Made by a program: the position numbers and the translations under genes. DNA of 64,000 nt, taken from NCBI GenBank assembly GCA_963783305.1, contig CAWAMW010000002.1, positions 608,001 through 672,000 of the forward strand, read 5' to 3'. How positions within the stretch are numbered: the stretch's first letter is position 1; each line of letters starts with the position of its first letter. This document shows, piece after piece, positions 36,969 to 47,952 of this stretch. This DNA is from an uncultured Gemmatimonadales bacterium (GTDB lineage: Bacteria; Gemmatimonadota; Gemmatimonadetes; Longimicrobiales; RSA9). The notes beneath the pieces are model-generated. The model was not told the DNA's origin. It searched no databases and worked only from the letters and a program-made list of their open reading frames with translations.

Positions 36969-38989
36969 GGACGACGGACCACATCACGACGCTGAAGACG
37001 AGCATCATGCCACGCACGATCATCGCACTGGGGCTGCTCCTCCTCGCCGCGTACCCCGCCATGGCCCAGGAGCCCGACTCCGCGGCCGGCCGACCCGATA
37101 CCATCCCGCTGCCCGCCGTTGTCGTGACCGCCACCCGCTTGCCGCTGGATCGGAAAGCGCTCCCCACCCCCGTGACCGTCCTCAGCGGTCGCGAGCTCCG
37201 GGACCGCGGCGTACGCACGGTGGCCGACGCGCTCCGCGCGGTGCCCGGCGCCACCGTGGTCCGGAGCGGTGGCACGGGGTCCCAGACGTCGGTGTTCCTG
37301 CGGGGCGGCGAGAGCGACTACGTGCAGGTCCTGGTGGACGGGGTTCCCATCAACGATCCGGGCGGCTCCGTGGATTTCGCCGGCCTCTCCACCGACCAGG
37401 TCGAGCGGATCGAGGTGGTGCGCGGGCCCGTGAGCGTCCTCTACGGCACCGACGCCGTCTCCGGCGTGATCCACATCATGACCCGCCGCGGCTCGGGTCG
37501 GCCGGTGGTCTCCGCCGAGGCCATCGCCGGCTCGGGACGGCAGACGCACGGCGGCGACCGCTACGGCACCTACGATCTCGAGGCCGCGGTCACCGGGTCG
37601 GCCGCCGCCCTCTCCTACTCGCTGGGCGCTGGACGGGAGCACAGCGGGGGACTCTACCCGCTCAACAATCAGCACGACCTCACCACCGGCACGCTCCGGC
37701 TGGGCTGGACCCCTCTTCCGGGAGCCGACGTCGTCGTGAGCAGCCGCATCAGCGACGGCCGCTCGCATTTCCCCACCGACGGGGCGGGCGCTCTCGTGGA
37801 CGAGAACGCGTACCTGGACCGCCGCCTCTGGACCTCGTCCGTGGAGGCCGGCTGGAGTCTGGGCGACCGCGTGGATGCCCGGGTGCAGGCGGGTCTGGTT
37901 GTGCGCGATCAGGCGTCGGTCGATGAGCAGGACGGGCCTTCCGACACGGACGGGGTGTTCGCGTCCACGCTGGAGTTCAGGGGAACGCGTAGTCTGCTGG
38001 ACGCCCGCGTCAACGCGCGCCTGCTCCGCAGCACCCTGACCGGCGGGATCGCGTGGGAGTCCGCCGACGCCAGCACGTCGTACACGTCACAGAGCGCGCT
38101 TGGCTCCTTCGATGCCAGCGCCCCGTTCGATCGATCGACCACCGCCTACTACCTCCAGCTCCTCTCCGCGCCCGTGAGTGGGCTGCACCTCACGCTGGGT
38201 GGCCGCATCGATGACAGTGAGACGTATGGGGCGTTCGCCACCTACCGGATCGGCGCCGCCCTCACGCTGCTCCGCGGGACACGCGCGCGGGCCGCCATCG
38301 GCCGCGGGTTCCGTGAGCCTACCTTCGCCGAGAGCTTCGGCAGCGGATTCGGTGACCTCGGCAACCGCGGACTGGAGCCGGAGCGTTCCCGAAGCCGGGA
38401 AGTGGGCCTCGAGCAGGAGGTCGGCCCCGCCACCCTCGCCGCCACCTGGTTCGACCAGCGGTTCGATGGCCTCATCCAGTACACCTTCTCACCCCCCGCC
38501 GCCGGCGACCCGAACTACTACAATGTGGGCGCCGCACGGTCCCGAGGGCTCGAGCTCGAGGCGCGGGCAGCCCGCGGCCGCTGGTCGGGCGCGGTGTCGT
38601 ACGTGTACCTCGAGACGGAGGTGCTGGACCCGGGGCTCGCCAGCGATGCCTCGTTCAGCCAGGGCGAGGAGTTGATACGACGACCGGCGCACTCCGGCAG
38701 CCTCACCAGCCGCTACGCCATCCACCGCGCCAGTCTGGCGGTGAGCCTCAACGCGGTGGGGGAGCGGCCGGACGTGGATTATGGCGCCGATTTCCCCTAC
38801 CCCCGGGTAAGCCTGCCGGCGTACACCACGCTCGATCTGGCCGCGGAGTACCAGGTGCCCATGGCGGGTCCGGAGACACGGCTGCTGCTGCGGGTCGAGA
38901 ACCTGCTGGACGCCGGGTACCAGGCCATCGCCGGGTTCCCCGGCCAGCGACGGGTCATCTACGTGGGGGCGCGCGTCCGGGCACAGTGA
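36965..38989 (+). CDS. btuB: TonB-dependent receptor (vitamin B12)
   Basis: VVVTATR TonB-box region, plug RIEVVRGPVSVLYG, C-terminal RVENLLD...Y; start may be 37007. Confidence 0.87.
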   Translation: MRTTDHITTLKTSIMPRTIIALGLLLLAAYPAMAQEPDSAAGRPDTIPLPAVVVTATRLPLDRKALPTPVTVLSGRELRDRGVRTVADALRAVPGATVVRSGGTGSQTSVFLRGGESDYVQVLVDGVPINDPGGSVDFAGLSTDQVERIEVVRGPVSVLYGTDAVSGVIHIMTRRGSGRPVVSAEAIAGSGRQTHGGDRYGTYDLEAAVTGSAAALSYSLGAGREHSGGLYPLNNQHDLTTGTLRLGWTPLPGADVVVSSRISDGRSHFPTDGAGALVDENAYLDRRLWTSSVEAGWSLGDRVDARVQAGLVVRDQASVDEQDGPSDTDGVFASTLEFRGTRSLLDARVNARLLRSTLTGGIAWESADASTSYTSQSALGSFDASAPFDRSTTAYYLQLLSAPVSGLHLTLGGRIDDSETYGAFATYRIGAALTLLRGTRARAAIGRGFREPTFAESFGSGFGDLGNRGLEPERSRSREVGLEQEVGPATLAATWFDQRFDGLIQYTFSPPAAGDPNYYNVGAARSRGLELEARAARGRWSGAVSYVYLETEVLDPGLASDASFSQGEELIRRPAHSGSLTSRYAIHRASLAVSLNAVGERPDVDYGADFPYPRVSLPAYTTLDLAAEYQVPMAGPETRLLLRVENLLDAGYQAIAGFPGQRRVIYVGARVRAQ

Positions 38990-39028
38990 AGGAGCGATGG
39001 GCTCGCGGCGGCCGACCCGCCGCTCCGC

Positions 39029-39973
39029 CTACTCGTCGTTGTCGGAAAGCAGCGCCACGTAGCTCTCGTAGCGGGCCCTCGGAATCGCACCCGCCTCCAC
39101 CGCCTCGCGCACCCCGCAGCCGGGCTCGTGCGTGTGGCTGCACGACCCGCTGAACCGGCAATCGCCCCGGTGATCCTCGAACTCGGGGAAGCACCGGTCG
39201 AGCTCCTCGGGCGCCACACCCCACAGCCCCAGCTCCCGCAGACCGGGCGTGTCGGCCACGTACCCGCCACACTCCAGCGGAATCAGGCGCGCCGAGACGG
39301 TGGTGTGACGTCCCTTGTGGCCTTTCTTCACGGCCTCGCTGACCGCGGCCGTGCGAAGCCCGAGGCCGGGCTCTATGGCATTGAGCAGGCTCGACTTCCC
39401 CACCCCGGATGGACCGGCGAGCGCGCTGATCCGGCCACACAGCCGCTCCTCCAGCTCGGCCACGCCCCGCCCATCCTCCGCGCTCGTGTATACGACCGGG
39501 TACCCGATCCCGGCATAGACGCGGAAGGGCTCCCGCTCCGCCGCTCCGCCCTGGTCGATCTTGTTGGCCACCACCACGGCGTCCACTCCGTTCGACTCCG
39601 CCAGGATCAGGAAGCGGTCCAGCATGCGCAGGCTCGGCTCCGGGTGCGTAACCGAGAAAACGGCGACCATCTGGTCGAGGTTCGCCACCATGACCTTCGC
39701 CCCCCGGTACCGACCGCGCCCCGGCGCCCGCCTGGCCAGCTCGCTGCGGCGCTCGTCCACGCTCTCGATGGTATAGCCGCCGTCCTCGTGCTCCAGCATC
39801 AGCACGCGGTCACCCGCCACTACCGCGTCCCCCGTGCGCTGCTCCCGCTTCAGCCGCCCACGGAGCGTGGCCTCGACCACGCGAGACGTACCCCCCGGAT
39901 GCAGCTCGACCTCGTACGCTCCACCGATCGAGGAGCATACGAGGCCGTGGTGCTGCACCAGCGCCCCCGTCAT
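39029..39973 (-). CDS. rsgA: Ribosome small subunit-dependent GTPase A
   Basis: NKID, GPSGVGKSS, GRHTT, DTPG, CRFSGSCSHTHEPGC. Confidence 0.95.
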   Translation of the reverse strand: MTGALVQHHGLVCSSIGGAYEVELHPGGTSRVVEATLRGRLKREQRTGDAVVAGDRVLMLEHEDGGYTIESVDERRSELARRAPGRGRYRGAKVMVANLDQMVAVFSVTHPEPSLRMLDRFLILAESNGVDAVVVANKIDQGGAAEREPFRVYAGIGYPVVYTSAEDGRGVAELEERLCGRISALAGPSGVGKSSLLNAIEPGLGLRTAAVSEAVKKGHKGRHTTVSARLIPLECGGYVADTPGLRELGLWGVAPEELDRCFPEFEDHRGDCRFSGSCSHTHEPGCGVREAVEAGAIPRARYESYVALLSDNDE

Positions 39974-40866
39974 CAGGCGGCGAAACTCTCCAGTGCCGGG
40001 CCGAGATCGCCTTCTCGCAGGCGCTTCAACGCGCGGTCCCGAAGCTGACGCACACGCTCACGCGTCACGCCCAGCATCTTCCCGATCTCCTCCAGCGTGT
40101 GCGTCTCGCCCCCGTCCAGCCCGAAATACAGCCGCACGACCTTGGCGTCCCGGGGGTTCAGCGTCTCCAGCGCCCGATCGATCTGCTCGGCGAGCATCCG
40201 GTCCTCGACGTCTTCCTCGGGCTCCGTCGCCTCGTCCAGGACGAAACGCTCCACCAGGTAGCTGTCGTCGGAGTCGCCGATCGGCGCGTCCAGCCGGACC
40301 TCGGACGAGTTCAGCGTTTGCAGCTGCCGCACGATCTCCGGCTTCAGCTTCGCCGCCACCGCCACCTCTTCCAGCGTCGGGTCCCGACCCATCTCCTGCT
40401 TCAGCCGTTCCCGCTCCCGGAAGATACGGGCGAGGTCGCTGGCCCGGTTGAGCGGCACCCGCACGCTCCGGCCGTGGTTGGCCAGCGCGGCGAGGATCGC
40501 CTGGCGGATCCACCACACCGCGTACGAAATGAACTTCACGCCCTGGTCCGGATCGAACTTCCGCGCGGCCGTCACCAGCCCCACGTTGCCCTCCTGGATC
40601 AGATCGGCCAGCGACACACCCCGGTTCTGGTACTTCTTGGCGACGCTGATCACGAACCGCAGGTTGGCGCGGGCGAGCTCCTCCACTGCCTCCTCGTCCC
40701 CGGCCTGCGCTCGATGGCCCAGCTCGATCTCCTTCTCCGGCGTGATCAGCTCGTGCTTGCTGACATCGCCCAGGTACTGGTCGAGGGCCGTCTTGTCCTC
40801 GTAGCTCGGACGAAAGGTGTCCCGCCGCCGCCTCTTGCTCGTCTTTGTCGCTGCCATCTCGGTCAC
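39973..40866 (-). CDS. RpoD/SigA-family sigma70 factor lacking region 1.1
   Basis: NLRFVISVAKKY, DLIQEGN, KFISYAVWWIRQ, TLEEIG...TRERVRQ. Confidence 0.93.
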   Translation of the reverse strand: MTEMAATKTSKRRRRDTFRPSYEDKTALDQYLGDVSKHELITPEKEIELGHRAQAGDEEAVEELARANLRFVISVAKKYQNRGVSLADLIQEGNVGLVTAARKFDPDQGVKFISYAVWWIRQAILAALANHGRSVRVPLNRASDLARIFRERERLKQEMGRDPTLEEVAVAAKLKPEIVRQLQTLNSSEVRLDAPIGDSDDSYLVERFVLDEATEPEEDVEDRMLAEQIDRALETLNPRDAKVVRLYFGLDGGETHTLEEIGKMLGVTRERVRQLRDRALKRLREGDLGPALESFAA

Positions 40867-41085
40867 CGTATTCGTCGGATATCGAACCCCTGCCCTAGTA
40901 TCGGCACGGTTTCGCTCATTTTTAGTTCAACGCAAGCTCTCTGCCGAAGAAACAGGGCTCCGCCAGCCGCGCGGAGCAGGGGCCTGGTTGTCGGCGGCGT
41001 GTACTAACCCCGGCGGCCGTCCGGTGTTCCCGGGTCGGATGGGGAGAGCCGCCTGCTGCTGCGGGAAAGGGTCCGGGGAGGAAGC

Positions 41086-41718
41086 TCAGGGAGTGTACAG
41101 GCTGTCGGCGCCCACGGGCCTGCCCAGCGGACCGCCCGCGTCCGGCCGGGTGCTCGGACCGATGTCGGGGAGCTCGCGCTCTTCCTCCGCGTTCTCGTCC
41201 TCCTCGAGGACCGCCCGAAGAGAGGCCGACTCCACATCGCGCAGCGGGTCCTGCTGAAGCAGCGAATCGAGGCTGGGGGGCGCGGTGCCGCCGCCCGGCA
41301 TCGCGAGCTGCCGCTGGAGGTCTTCCACGGCGACCCGTATGATCGCCACCTCGTCCTCGACCTCCTCGAGCGTCGCCCCGCGTCTCATTCGCGCCACCAC
41401 CCGGTCCGCCATGGCCTGCAGCTGGCGCAGCCGCGCCTCCAGCGAGTACCCCGCCGCCAGCCAGTCCACTCGCCGCTCGGCGTGGATGAGACGGTCGCTG
41501 ATGGCCTCCGCCGTCAGCAGCCGATCCGGATCGCCCGAGGCGGCCAGCACCAGCTCCGCGTCCAGCTTCCGCAGCTGCTCGTCCAGTGACTCCGCCTCCA
41601 TCCCTGGCGCGAGCGCCGCCGCCGACGTGGGCGCCTCCTGCGACACGCGCAGGTCGGCGCCATCGCCGCAGGAGGCGAGAAGGGGCAGGGCCAGAATGAG
41701 GCTGGAGATGGTTCGCAT
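41086..41718 (-). CDS. Hypothetical helical lipoprotein
   Basis: Lipobox LLASC. Confidence 0.7.
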   Translation of the reverse strand: MRTISSLILALPLLASCGDGADLRVSQEAPTSAAALAPGMEAESLDEQLRKLDAELVLAASGDPDRLLTAEAISDRLIHAERRVDWLAAGYSLEARLRQLQAMADRVVARMRRGATLEEVEDEVAIIRVAVEDLQRQLAMPGGGTAPPSLDSLLQQDPLRDVESASLRAVLEEDENAEEERELPDIGPSTRPDAGGPLGRPVGADSLYTP

Positions 41719-41787
41719 ATCAGCGATTCCTCTGGGGCAAGCCGCGTGCCGGGTTGCCATCGGCGCCGGGCGCTCCTAGCCTACCGG

Positions 41788-42522
41788 ATGTCGATTCGAA
41801 TCGCCGGACGAACGGACTGCGGGCGCACCAGGGACCGTAACGAGGACGCTCTGCTCCAGCGTCCGGCGCGCGGACTCGTGGCCGTGGCCGACGGCATGGG
41901 CGGCCACGCCGCAGGCGATATCGCGAGCCGCATCGCCGTGGACGTCGTGGACGACCGCAGCGTCCACCTCCCGGACGAGAACGAGTCCGACTATCTCAGA
42001 GACACCGTGCGGGAAGCCCACGAGGCCATTCTCCGGGCCGCCCACGCCGACCCCGGGCTGGACGGCATGGGCACGACGCTCACGATGCTTCGCCTCCACC
42101 CCCAGGGGACCCGCGGTATGATCGCCCATGTCGGCGACTCCCGCGCCTACCGCTGGCGCGCGGGTGCCCTCGAGCAGCTGACCCGCGACCAGACCTGGGT
42201 CCAGCAGCAGATCGACGCCGGCCGCCTCTCTCGCGACGCCGCGCGACGTCACCCGTTCTCCGCCATGCTCACCTGCGCCCTCGGCATCGCCGACGTGGAC
42301 CTCGATGTCCAGATCATCGATGCGGACCCGCGCCCCGGAGATGTCTTCCTGGTCTGCAGCGATGGCCTCACCGCGGCCCTGACGGACGACGACATCCGGC
42401 AGGTCCTCCTCGATCAGGAGGATGTCGACGACGCGGCCGGCGCCCTCGTCGATGCCGCCAACCACGAGGGCGGCCCCGACAACATCACGGTCGCCCTCGT
42501 CCGCGTCGAGGAAGACTCCTAG
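41788..42522 (+). CDS. PP2C-family Ser/Thr protein phosphatase
   Basis: RNED, VADGMGGH, HVGDSRAY, CSDGL, GGPDNIT. Confidence 0.95.
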   Translation: MSIRIAGRTDCGRTRDRNEDALLQRPARGLVAVADGMGGHAAGDIASRIAVDVVDDRSVHLPDENESDYLRDTVREAHEAILRAAHADPGLDGMGTTLTMLRLHPQGTRGMIAHVGDSRAYRWRAGALEQLTRDQTWVQQQIDAGRLSRDAARRHPFSAMLTCALGIADVDLDVQIIDADPRPGDVFLVCSDGLTAALTDDDIRQVLLDQEDVDDAAGALVDAANHEGGPDNITVALVRVEEDS

Positions 42523-42539
42523 GCCGGCACGCCATCGGC

Positions 42540-43892
42540 TCAGGACCGCAGCAGCGGACCGGCCGCTTCCAGCCGCGTCCGCACCATCTCGTCCGACATG
42601 GACACCAGCGCCGTGGCCGCTTCCGGCGCGAGCCGGACGGCCTCCCCCATGGTGAACACCCGAAGCACGCGTGCGGTGTGGTAGAGCTCGTCGGATACGC
42701 GCGGCAGCCCGATCATCCCCGCTCGCCCGCCCGGCCCCAGACGGAGCACCTCGCCTCCCCTCCGCTGGACCAGAAGGTCCAGCTGGAACATGCCTGGCTT
42801 CCGAGGATAGTCCACGAACACCGAGCCGGGAGCGAGCTGCAGCTCCTCCGCCAGCCGGTCCTCGACCCGCCGCTTCAACGGCGCGTCCGTCGTCACCCAG
42901 GCGCCCTCCTCTCGCCCCACCTCCGCGGCCACCACCTCCACGGCCCGCTTCGGCAGACGCCGACGCTGCAGCGCGTTGACCAGACGCGCCACCCGCGCCG
43001 CCGCCTCGGTGTCGCGGGCTCCCTCCTCCCCCCGCTCCGCCAGCAGGAAGAGCAGGGCTTCGTCGGTCTTCCCGACCAGCTCCTCCGCCCCGATGAGTCC
43101 GTCGCTCAGCGCATCGAAGACGATCCGCTTGTACAGCACGGTCCCCGCTCGCACCGCGTGATGCCAGTAGACGTTCCGGAACATCTGGTACTTCGAGAAA
43201 AGCAGGGATTCCAGTGCCGCCACCCCCTTCTCGTGCACGCCCACCTCGGGGGCACCCCCCTCCGCCGGCTCCAGGACCATGAGTCCGTTCAGCAGCCGGT
43301 CCACGTCCACCTCCCCGTATGGCACACCGCAGAACCGCGCGTCGCGCTTCAGGTACTCCACCTTGTCGAGGTCGAGGCTCCCGCTCACGAGGCCCTGAAG
43401 CGGCGAAGCGCTCCGCCCACGGATCAGCGACTCCACCCGCTCGGGTGCGTCCGGCGCCACGGACTCCAGCGCGGCCCGCACCTCCGGGTCCTGGAGGAAT
43501 CGACCCGTGAGCGCCTCGTGGTGCCCGGGGATCAACGGCTCCTCGAGCTCCTCCAGTGCGTGTGAGAAGGGGTAGTGCCCCACGTCGTGGAGGAGCCCGG
43601 CCAGTGGGACGAGCCGGAACTCCACCGGGTCCACCGCCCGGAGCTGGCCCCGCTCCTCGAGCCCCACGATCGCGCGACGCATGAGGTGGTAGACGCCGAG
43701 TGCGTGGTCGAACCGTGAATGGTGGGCGCCGGGGTACACCAGGTGCGCCAGCCCCAGCTGCCGGATATAGCGCAGCCGCTGGAATGCGCCCGAATCCACC
43801 ACCCGCCGCGCCGTCGCATCCAGCTCGATCGTGCCCCACAGCGGGTCGCGCACCACGATCCCGCCGCGGCGCGGGTCGTCGCCTCCGGTCAT
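42540..43892 (-). CDS. HD-domain phosphohydrolase (dNTPase/SAMHD1-like)
   Basis: FQRLRYIRQLG, HSRFDHALG, LLHDVGHYPFSH, DLDKVEYLKRD. Confidence 0.9.
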   Translation of the reverse strand: MTGGDDPRRGGIVVRDPLWGTIELDATARRVVDSGAFQRLRYIRQLGLAHLVYPGAHHSRFDHALGVYHLMRRAIVGLEERGQLRAVDPVEFRLVPLAGLLHDVGHYPFSHALEELEEPLIPGHHEALTGRFLQDPEVRAALESVAPDAPERVESLIRGRSASPLQGLVSGSLDLDKVEYLKRDARFCGVPYGEVDVDRLLNGLMVLEPAEGGAPEVGVHEKGVAALESLLFSKYQMFRNVYWHHAVRAGTVLYKRIVFDALSDGLIGAEELVGKTDEALLFLLAERGEEGARDTEAAARVARLVNALQRRRLPKRAVEVVAAEVGREEGAWVTTDAPLKRRVEDRLAEELQLAPGSVFVDYPRKPGMFQLDLLVQRRGGEVLRLGPGGRAGMIGLPRVSDELYHTARVLRVFTMGEAVRLAPEAATALVSMSDEMVRTRLEAAGPLLRS

Positions 43893-43942
43893 GGCGTCCT
43901 CCCGGTCCGCCGTGCCCCTGAACACCGACGCGCCCGCGCCGC

Positions 43943-45529
43943 TCAGGGGCCCGCCTGCCGGACCTTTTCCGAGACGTTGGCCGCAAACCTCTCGAAGTTG
44001 TCGCGGAACATGCCCGCCAGCTTTTTCGCCTGCTCGTCGTACGCGGCCGGGTGCTCCCACGTCTGCCGCGGGCGCAGCACCTCGTCCGGGACCCCCCGCA
44101 CGTGGTCCGGGATCTCGAGCCCGAACACGGGATCGGTGTGGGTCCGCGCACCATCCAGCTCGCCGGTGAGCGCGGCGGTGACCATCCGCCGCGTGTGCGT
44201 CAGCTCCATGCGATGGCCCTCACCGAACGCGCCCCCCGTCCAGCCCGTGTTCACCAGCCAGGTGTTCACGTCGTGCTCCGCGATGAGCCGCTTCAGCAGC
44301 TCCGCGTACCGCGACGGCGGCAGCGGCAGGAACGGCGCGCCAAAGCATGCGCTGAATGTGGCCTTGGGCTCCGTAACCCCCTTCTCGGTCCCCGCCACCT
44401 TCGCCGTGTACCCCGAGAGGAAGTGGTACGCCGCCTGGTCGCGGCTCAGCCGCGCAATGGGCGGCAGCACCCCGAAGGCGTCCGCCGTGAGGAAGATCAC
44501 ATTCTTCGGATGCCCGCCCCGCTTGTCACGCACCGCGCTCTTGATGTGCCGCAGCGGGTACGACGACCGCGTGTTCTCCGTGATGGAGACATCGTCGAAC
44601 TGCGGCTTCCGGTCCTCGTCCAGCACCACGTTCTCCAGGATGGCGCCGAACCGCCGGCTCGCGCCCCAGATCAGCGGCTCCCCCTCCTTCGACAGCCGCA
44701 CCACCTTCGCGTAATTCCCGCCCTCGAAGTTGAACACCCCGTCCTTCGACCAGCCGTGCTCATCATCGCCGATCAGCAGCCGGTCCGGGTCCGTGGAGAG
44801 CGTGGTCTTCCCGGTCCCCGATAGGCCGAAGAACAGCGCCACGTCCCCATCGTCCCCGGTGTTCGCCGAACAGTGCATGCTCAGCACGTCCTGCTTCGGC
44901 AGCAGGTAATTCATCACGCTGAAGATCGACTTCTTGATCTCCCCCGCGTACCGCGTCCCGCCGATAAGCACCTGCCGCTCGGCGAAGCTCACGACGACGA
45001 AGGCGCCACTGTGAGTGCCGTGCTTCTCCGGGTCCGCCTGGAACTCAGGCGCGTGGAGCACCGTGAAGCGGGCCTCGAAATGGCTCCGATGGTCCCCGAA
45101 CGGCTCCAGGAACATGTTGTTCACGAACACCGAGTGCCACGCGCTGGGCGTCACCACCCGCACATTGAGACGGTATTGCGGATCCGCTCCCGCCCACACG
45201 TCCCGTATATAGAGGTCGTCCTGCTCGTTCAGGTACTTCTGCAGGTCCTTCCGGAGCACTTCGAAGCTCTCCGGCTCCATGGGGACATTCACTTCACCCC
45301 ACCAGATCTCGTCGGCCGTGGCCGGCTCCTTCACCGTGAACTTGTCGTTCGGGCTCCGGCCCGTATGGGGTGCCGTCACGGCCACGAAGGACCCGTCCGC
45401 CGACAGCTGGCCCTCGCCCCGCCACACGGCGTGCTCGATGAGCTCCGCCGGTGGCAGGTTCCAGTGCAGTCGACCCGTCGGCCTCAACCCGTATTCTTCC
45501 AGCCCGCCATGGTTCTTCGTGGTCGCCAC
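43943..45529 (-). CDS. pckA: Phosphoenolpyruvate carboxykinase (ATP)
   Basis: [33 protein letters not shown]. Confidence 0.97.
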   Translation of the reverse strand: MATTKNHGGLEEYGLRPTGRLHWNLPPAELIEHAVWRGEGQLSADGSFVAVTAPHTGRSPNDKFTVKEPATADEIWWGEVNVPMEPESFEVLRKDLQKYLNEQDDLYIRDVWAGADPQYRLNVRVVTPSAWHSVFVNNMFLEPFGDHRSHFEARFTVLHAPEFQADPEKHGTHSGAFVVVSFAERQVLIGGTRYAGEIKKSIFSVMNYLLPKQDVLSMHCSANTGDDGDVALFFGLSGTGKTTLSTDPDRLLIGDDEHGWSKDGVFNFEGGNYAKVVRLSKEGEPLIWGASRRFGAILENVVLDEDRKPQFDDVSITENTRSSYPLRHIKSAVRDKRGGHPKNVIFLTADAFGVLPPIARLSRDQAAYHFLSGYTAKVAGTEKGVTEPKATFSACFGAPFLPLPPSRYAELLKRLIAEHDVNTWLVNTGWTGGAFGEGHRMELTHTRRMVTAALTGELDGARTHTDPVFGLEIPDHVRGVPDEVLRPRQTWEHPAAYDEQAKKLAGMFRDNFERFAANVSEKVRQAGP

Positions 45530-45543
45530 GGTCCGATCCTCGT

Positions 45544-47820
45544 CTATTCGGAAGTCTGAGTCTGACGGCCGCGTCGCTGCGCGTCCACCACGGCCAGCGC
45601 CGTGAGATTCACCACGTCTGCCGCCTCACTGCCGCGCTGCAGCACGTGTACCGGCCGGTCCATGCCCAGCAGGATCGGACCGATGGCCTCCGCCCCACCA
45701 ATACGGGACAGCAGCTTGTAGGCGATGTTCGACGAGTTCAGGTCGGGGAAGATCAGCACGTTCGCCGGCCCGCCGAGGGTATTGAACGGATACCGCTCGT
45801 TCAGGATCTCCTCCACCAGGGCCGTGTCCGCCTGCATCTCGCCATCCACGGGCAGATCCGGCCGCAGCTCCTTCACCCGCTGTACCGCCTTTCGCACCGT
45901 CTCGGATTCCGCGTTCCGCGCCGATCCGAAGTTGGAGAACGACAGCAGCGCCACACGGGGATCCACGCCCAGCCGCTTCACGAACTCCGCCGACAGCAGC
46001 GCGATCTCCGCCAGCTTCTCGGAGTCCGGGCGGATGTTCACGGTCGTGTCCGCAAAGAACACGAGGTCGTGCTTGAGGATCATCATGTACAGCCCGGCCA
46101 CCGTGTTGACGTTCGGCTGCGTGCCGACCACCTCCAGCGCCGGCCGGATCGTCTCCGGGTAGTGCGCCTCCATGCCGGCGATCAGACCGTCGGCGTCCCC
46201 GGCGGCGACCATCATGTTGCCGAAGTAGGCCGGATCCGTCATGAGGTCGCGGGCCTCGGACAGCGTGACCCCCTTCCGCTGCCGTCGCTCGTACAGCCGC
46301 TGCGCGTACCGCTCGAGCAGACCCTCGTCCTCACTGGGATCGACGAGCTCGATGCCGCTCAGATCCACGTGCAGCGCTTCCGCCCGCTTTTGGATCCGCG
46401 CCGGACGGCCGAGAAGCACCGGCCTGGCGATCCCTTCGGACACCGCCTGGCTCACCGCCCGGATCACCCGGTCGTGCTCGCCGTCGGTGAATACGATCCG
46501 GCGCGGGTCGCGCTGCGCCCTCAGCATGATGTCGCGCATCACCTCGCGTCGACGCCCAAGACGGGCCTCCAGCGCGGTGCGGTACTCCTCCGGGTCGATC
46601 TCGTGGCGCGCCACACCATCTTCAATGGCCGCTCTAGCCACCGCGGGGGCCACCCAGAGGAGGACCCGCGAGTCGAACGGCTTCGGGATGATGTACTTCG
46701 GCCCGAACTGGAAGCTCTCCTCGTCGTACGCGTGCGCTACCGACTCCGGCACGTCCTCCCGCGCCAGCTGCGCCAGCGCGTGCGTCGCCGCCAGCTTCAT
46801 CCTGTCGGTGATGGCCCGCGCCCGCACATCCAGCGCGCCCCTGAAGATGAACGGGAACCCGAGAACGTTGTTGACCTGGTTGTCGTAATCGCTCCGGCCG
46901 GTGGCGGTGATCGCGTCGTCGCGTACCTTGAGCACCTCCTCCGGCGTGATCTCCGGGTCCGGATTCGCCAGCGCGAACACGATCGGCCGCGGGGCCATTG
47001 ATTTCACCATTGCGCCGTCCACCAGCCCCTTCACCGAGAGACCGACGAAGACGTCCGCGTCCTTCATTGTTGCCCGCAGGTCCGCGGCTTCATGGTCCTG
47101 CGCGAACGCGGCCTTGTACTTGTTGAGGTCCTCGATCCGCTCCTTCGTGATCAGGCCCTTGCTGTCCACCATGAAGATGTTCTCACGCCGCGCGCCCAGG
47201 CGCACGTAGTGGTCCGCGGTGGCGATCGCCGATGCGCCCGCACCACTGAACACGATCCTCACGTCCTCGATCTTCTTGTTCACCAGCTCCAGCGCGTTCA
47301 CCAGCCCCGCGCCGCTGATGATGGCGGTGCCGTGCTGGTCATCATGGAAGACCGGGATGTCCAGCAGCTCCTTCAGCTGCTCCTCGATGTAGAAGCACTC
47401 CGGCGCCTTGATGTCCTCCAGGTTGATCCCGCCCACCGTGGGCTCGAGCAGCTGGCAGAACTTGACGATCTCTTCCTGGTTCTCGGTCCCGACCTCGATA
47501 TCGAACACATCGATGTCCGCGAACCGCTTGAAGAGGACTCCCTTCCCCTCCATCACCGGCTTCGATGCCAGCGCGCCCAGGTTCCCCAGCCCGAGCACCG
47601 CCGTGCCGTTGGAGACCACCGCCACCAGGTTCCCCCGCGCGGTGTACTTGAAGACGTCATCCGGGGTCTTCTCGATCGCCAGGCACGGCTCCGCCACACC
47701 GGGGCTGTAAGCCAGCGACAGGTCCATCTGGGTGCCCACCGCCTTCGTGGGGACCACTTCTATTTTTCCGGGACGGCCCTGAGTGTGGTAGTCGAGGGCG
47801 GCCTGCTTGTTATCAGTCAT
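45544..47820 (-). CDS. maeB: NADP-dependent malic enzyme with C-terminal phosphotransacetylase-like domain
   Basis: [39 protein letters not shown]. Confidence 0.96.
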   Translation of the reverse strand: MTDNKQAALDYHTQGRPGKIEVVPTKAVGTQMDLSLAYSPGVAEPCLAIEKTPDDVFKYTARGNLVAVVSNGTAVLGLGNLGALASKPVMEGKGVLFKRFADIDVFDIEVGTENQEEIVKFCQLLEPTVGGINLEDIKAPECFYIEEQLKELLDIPVFHDDQHGTAIISGAGLVNALELVNKKIEDVRIVFSGAGASAIATADHYVRLGARRENIFMVDSKGLITKERIEDLNKYKAAFAQDHEAADLRATMKDADVFVGLSVKGLVDGAMVKSMAPRPIVFALANPDPEITPEEVLKVRDDAITATGRSDYDNQVNNVLGFPFIFRGALDVRARAITDRMKLAATHALAQLAREDVPESVAHAYDEESFQFGPKYIIPKPFDSRVLLWVAPAVARAAIEDGVARHEIDPEEYRTALEARLGRRREVMRDIMLRAQRDPRRIVFTDGEHDRVIRAVSQAVSEGIARPVLLGRPARIQKRAEALHVDLSGIELVDPSEDEGLLERYAQRLYERRQRKGVTLSEARDLMTDPAYFGNMMVAAGDADGLIAGMEAHYPETIRPALEVVGTQPNVNTVAGLYMMILKHDLVFFADTTVNIRPDSEKLAEIALLSAEFVKRLGVDPRVALLSFSNFGSARNAESETVRKAVQRVKELRPDLPVDGEMQADTALVEEILNERYPFNTLGGPANVLIFPDLNSSNIAYKLLSRIGGAEAIGPILLGMDRPVHVLQRGSEAADVVNLTALAVVDAQRRGRQTQTSE

Positions 47821-47952
47821 GGTACTCCTCTTGGAGTGTTGTCCGAGCACGGGTACGCTACCGTGGCACCCCTGCCATCGCAAGAAGACGCGACGCGGTC
47901 GCAACGTTGCGCGCGCCGCCGGATGGCGCGATTCTGGCACGTCCCGCCCACA

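Noticed and set aside
42540..43892. HD protein as Cas3-HD or antiphage dNTPase island
   Set aside because: Matches the widespread housekeeping HD family, sits behind maeB-pckA, and has no defence context.
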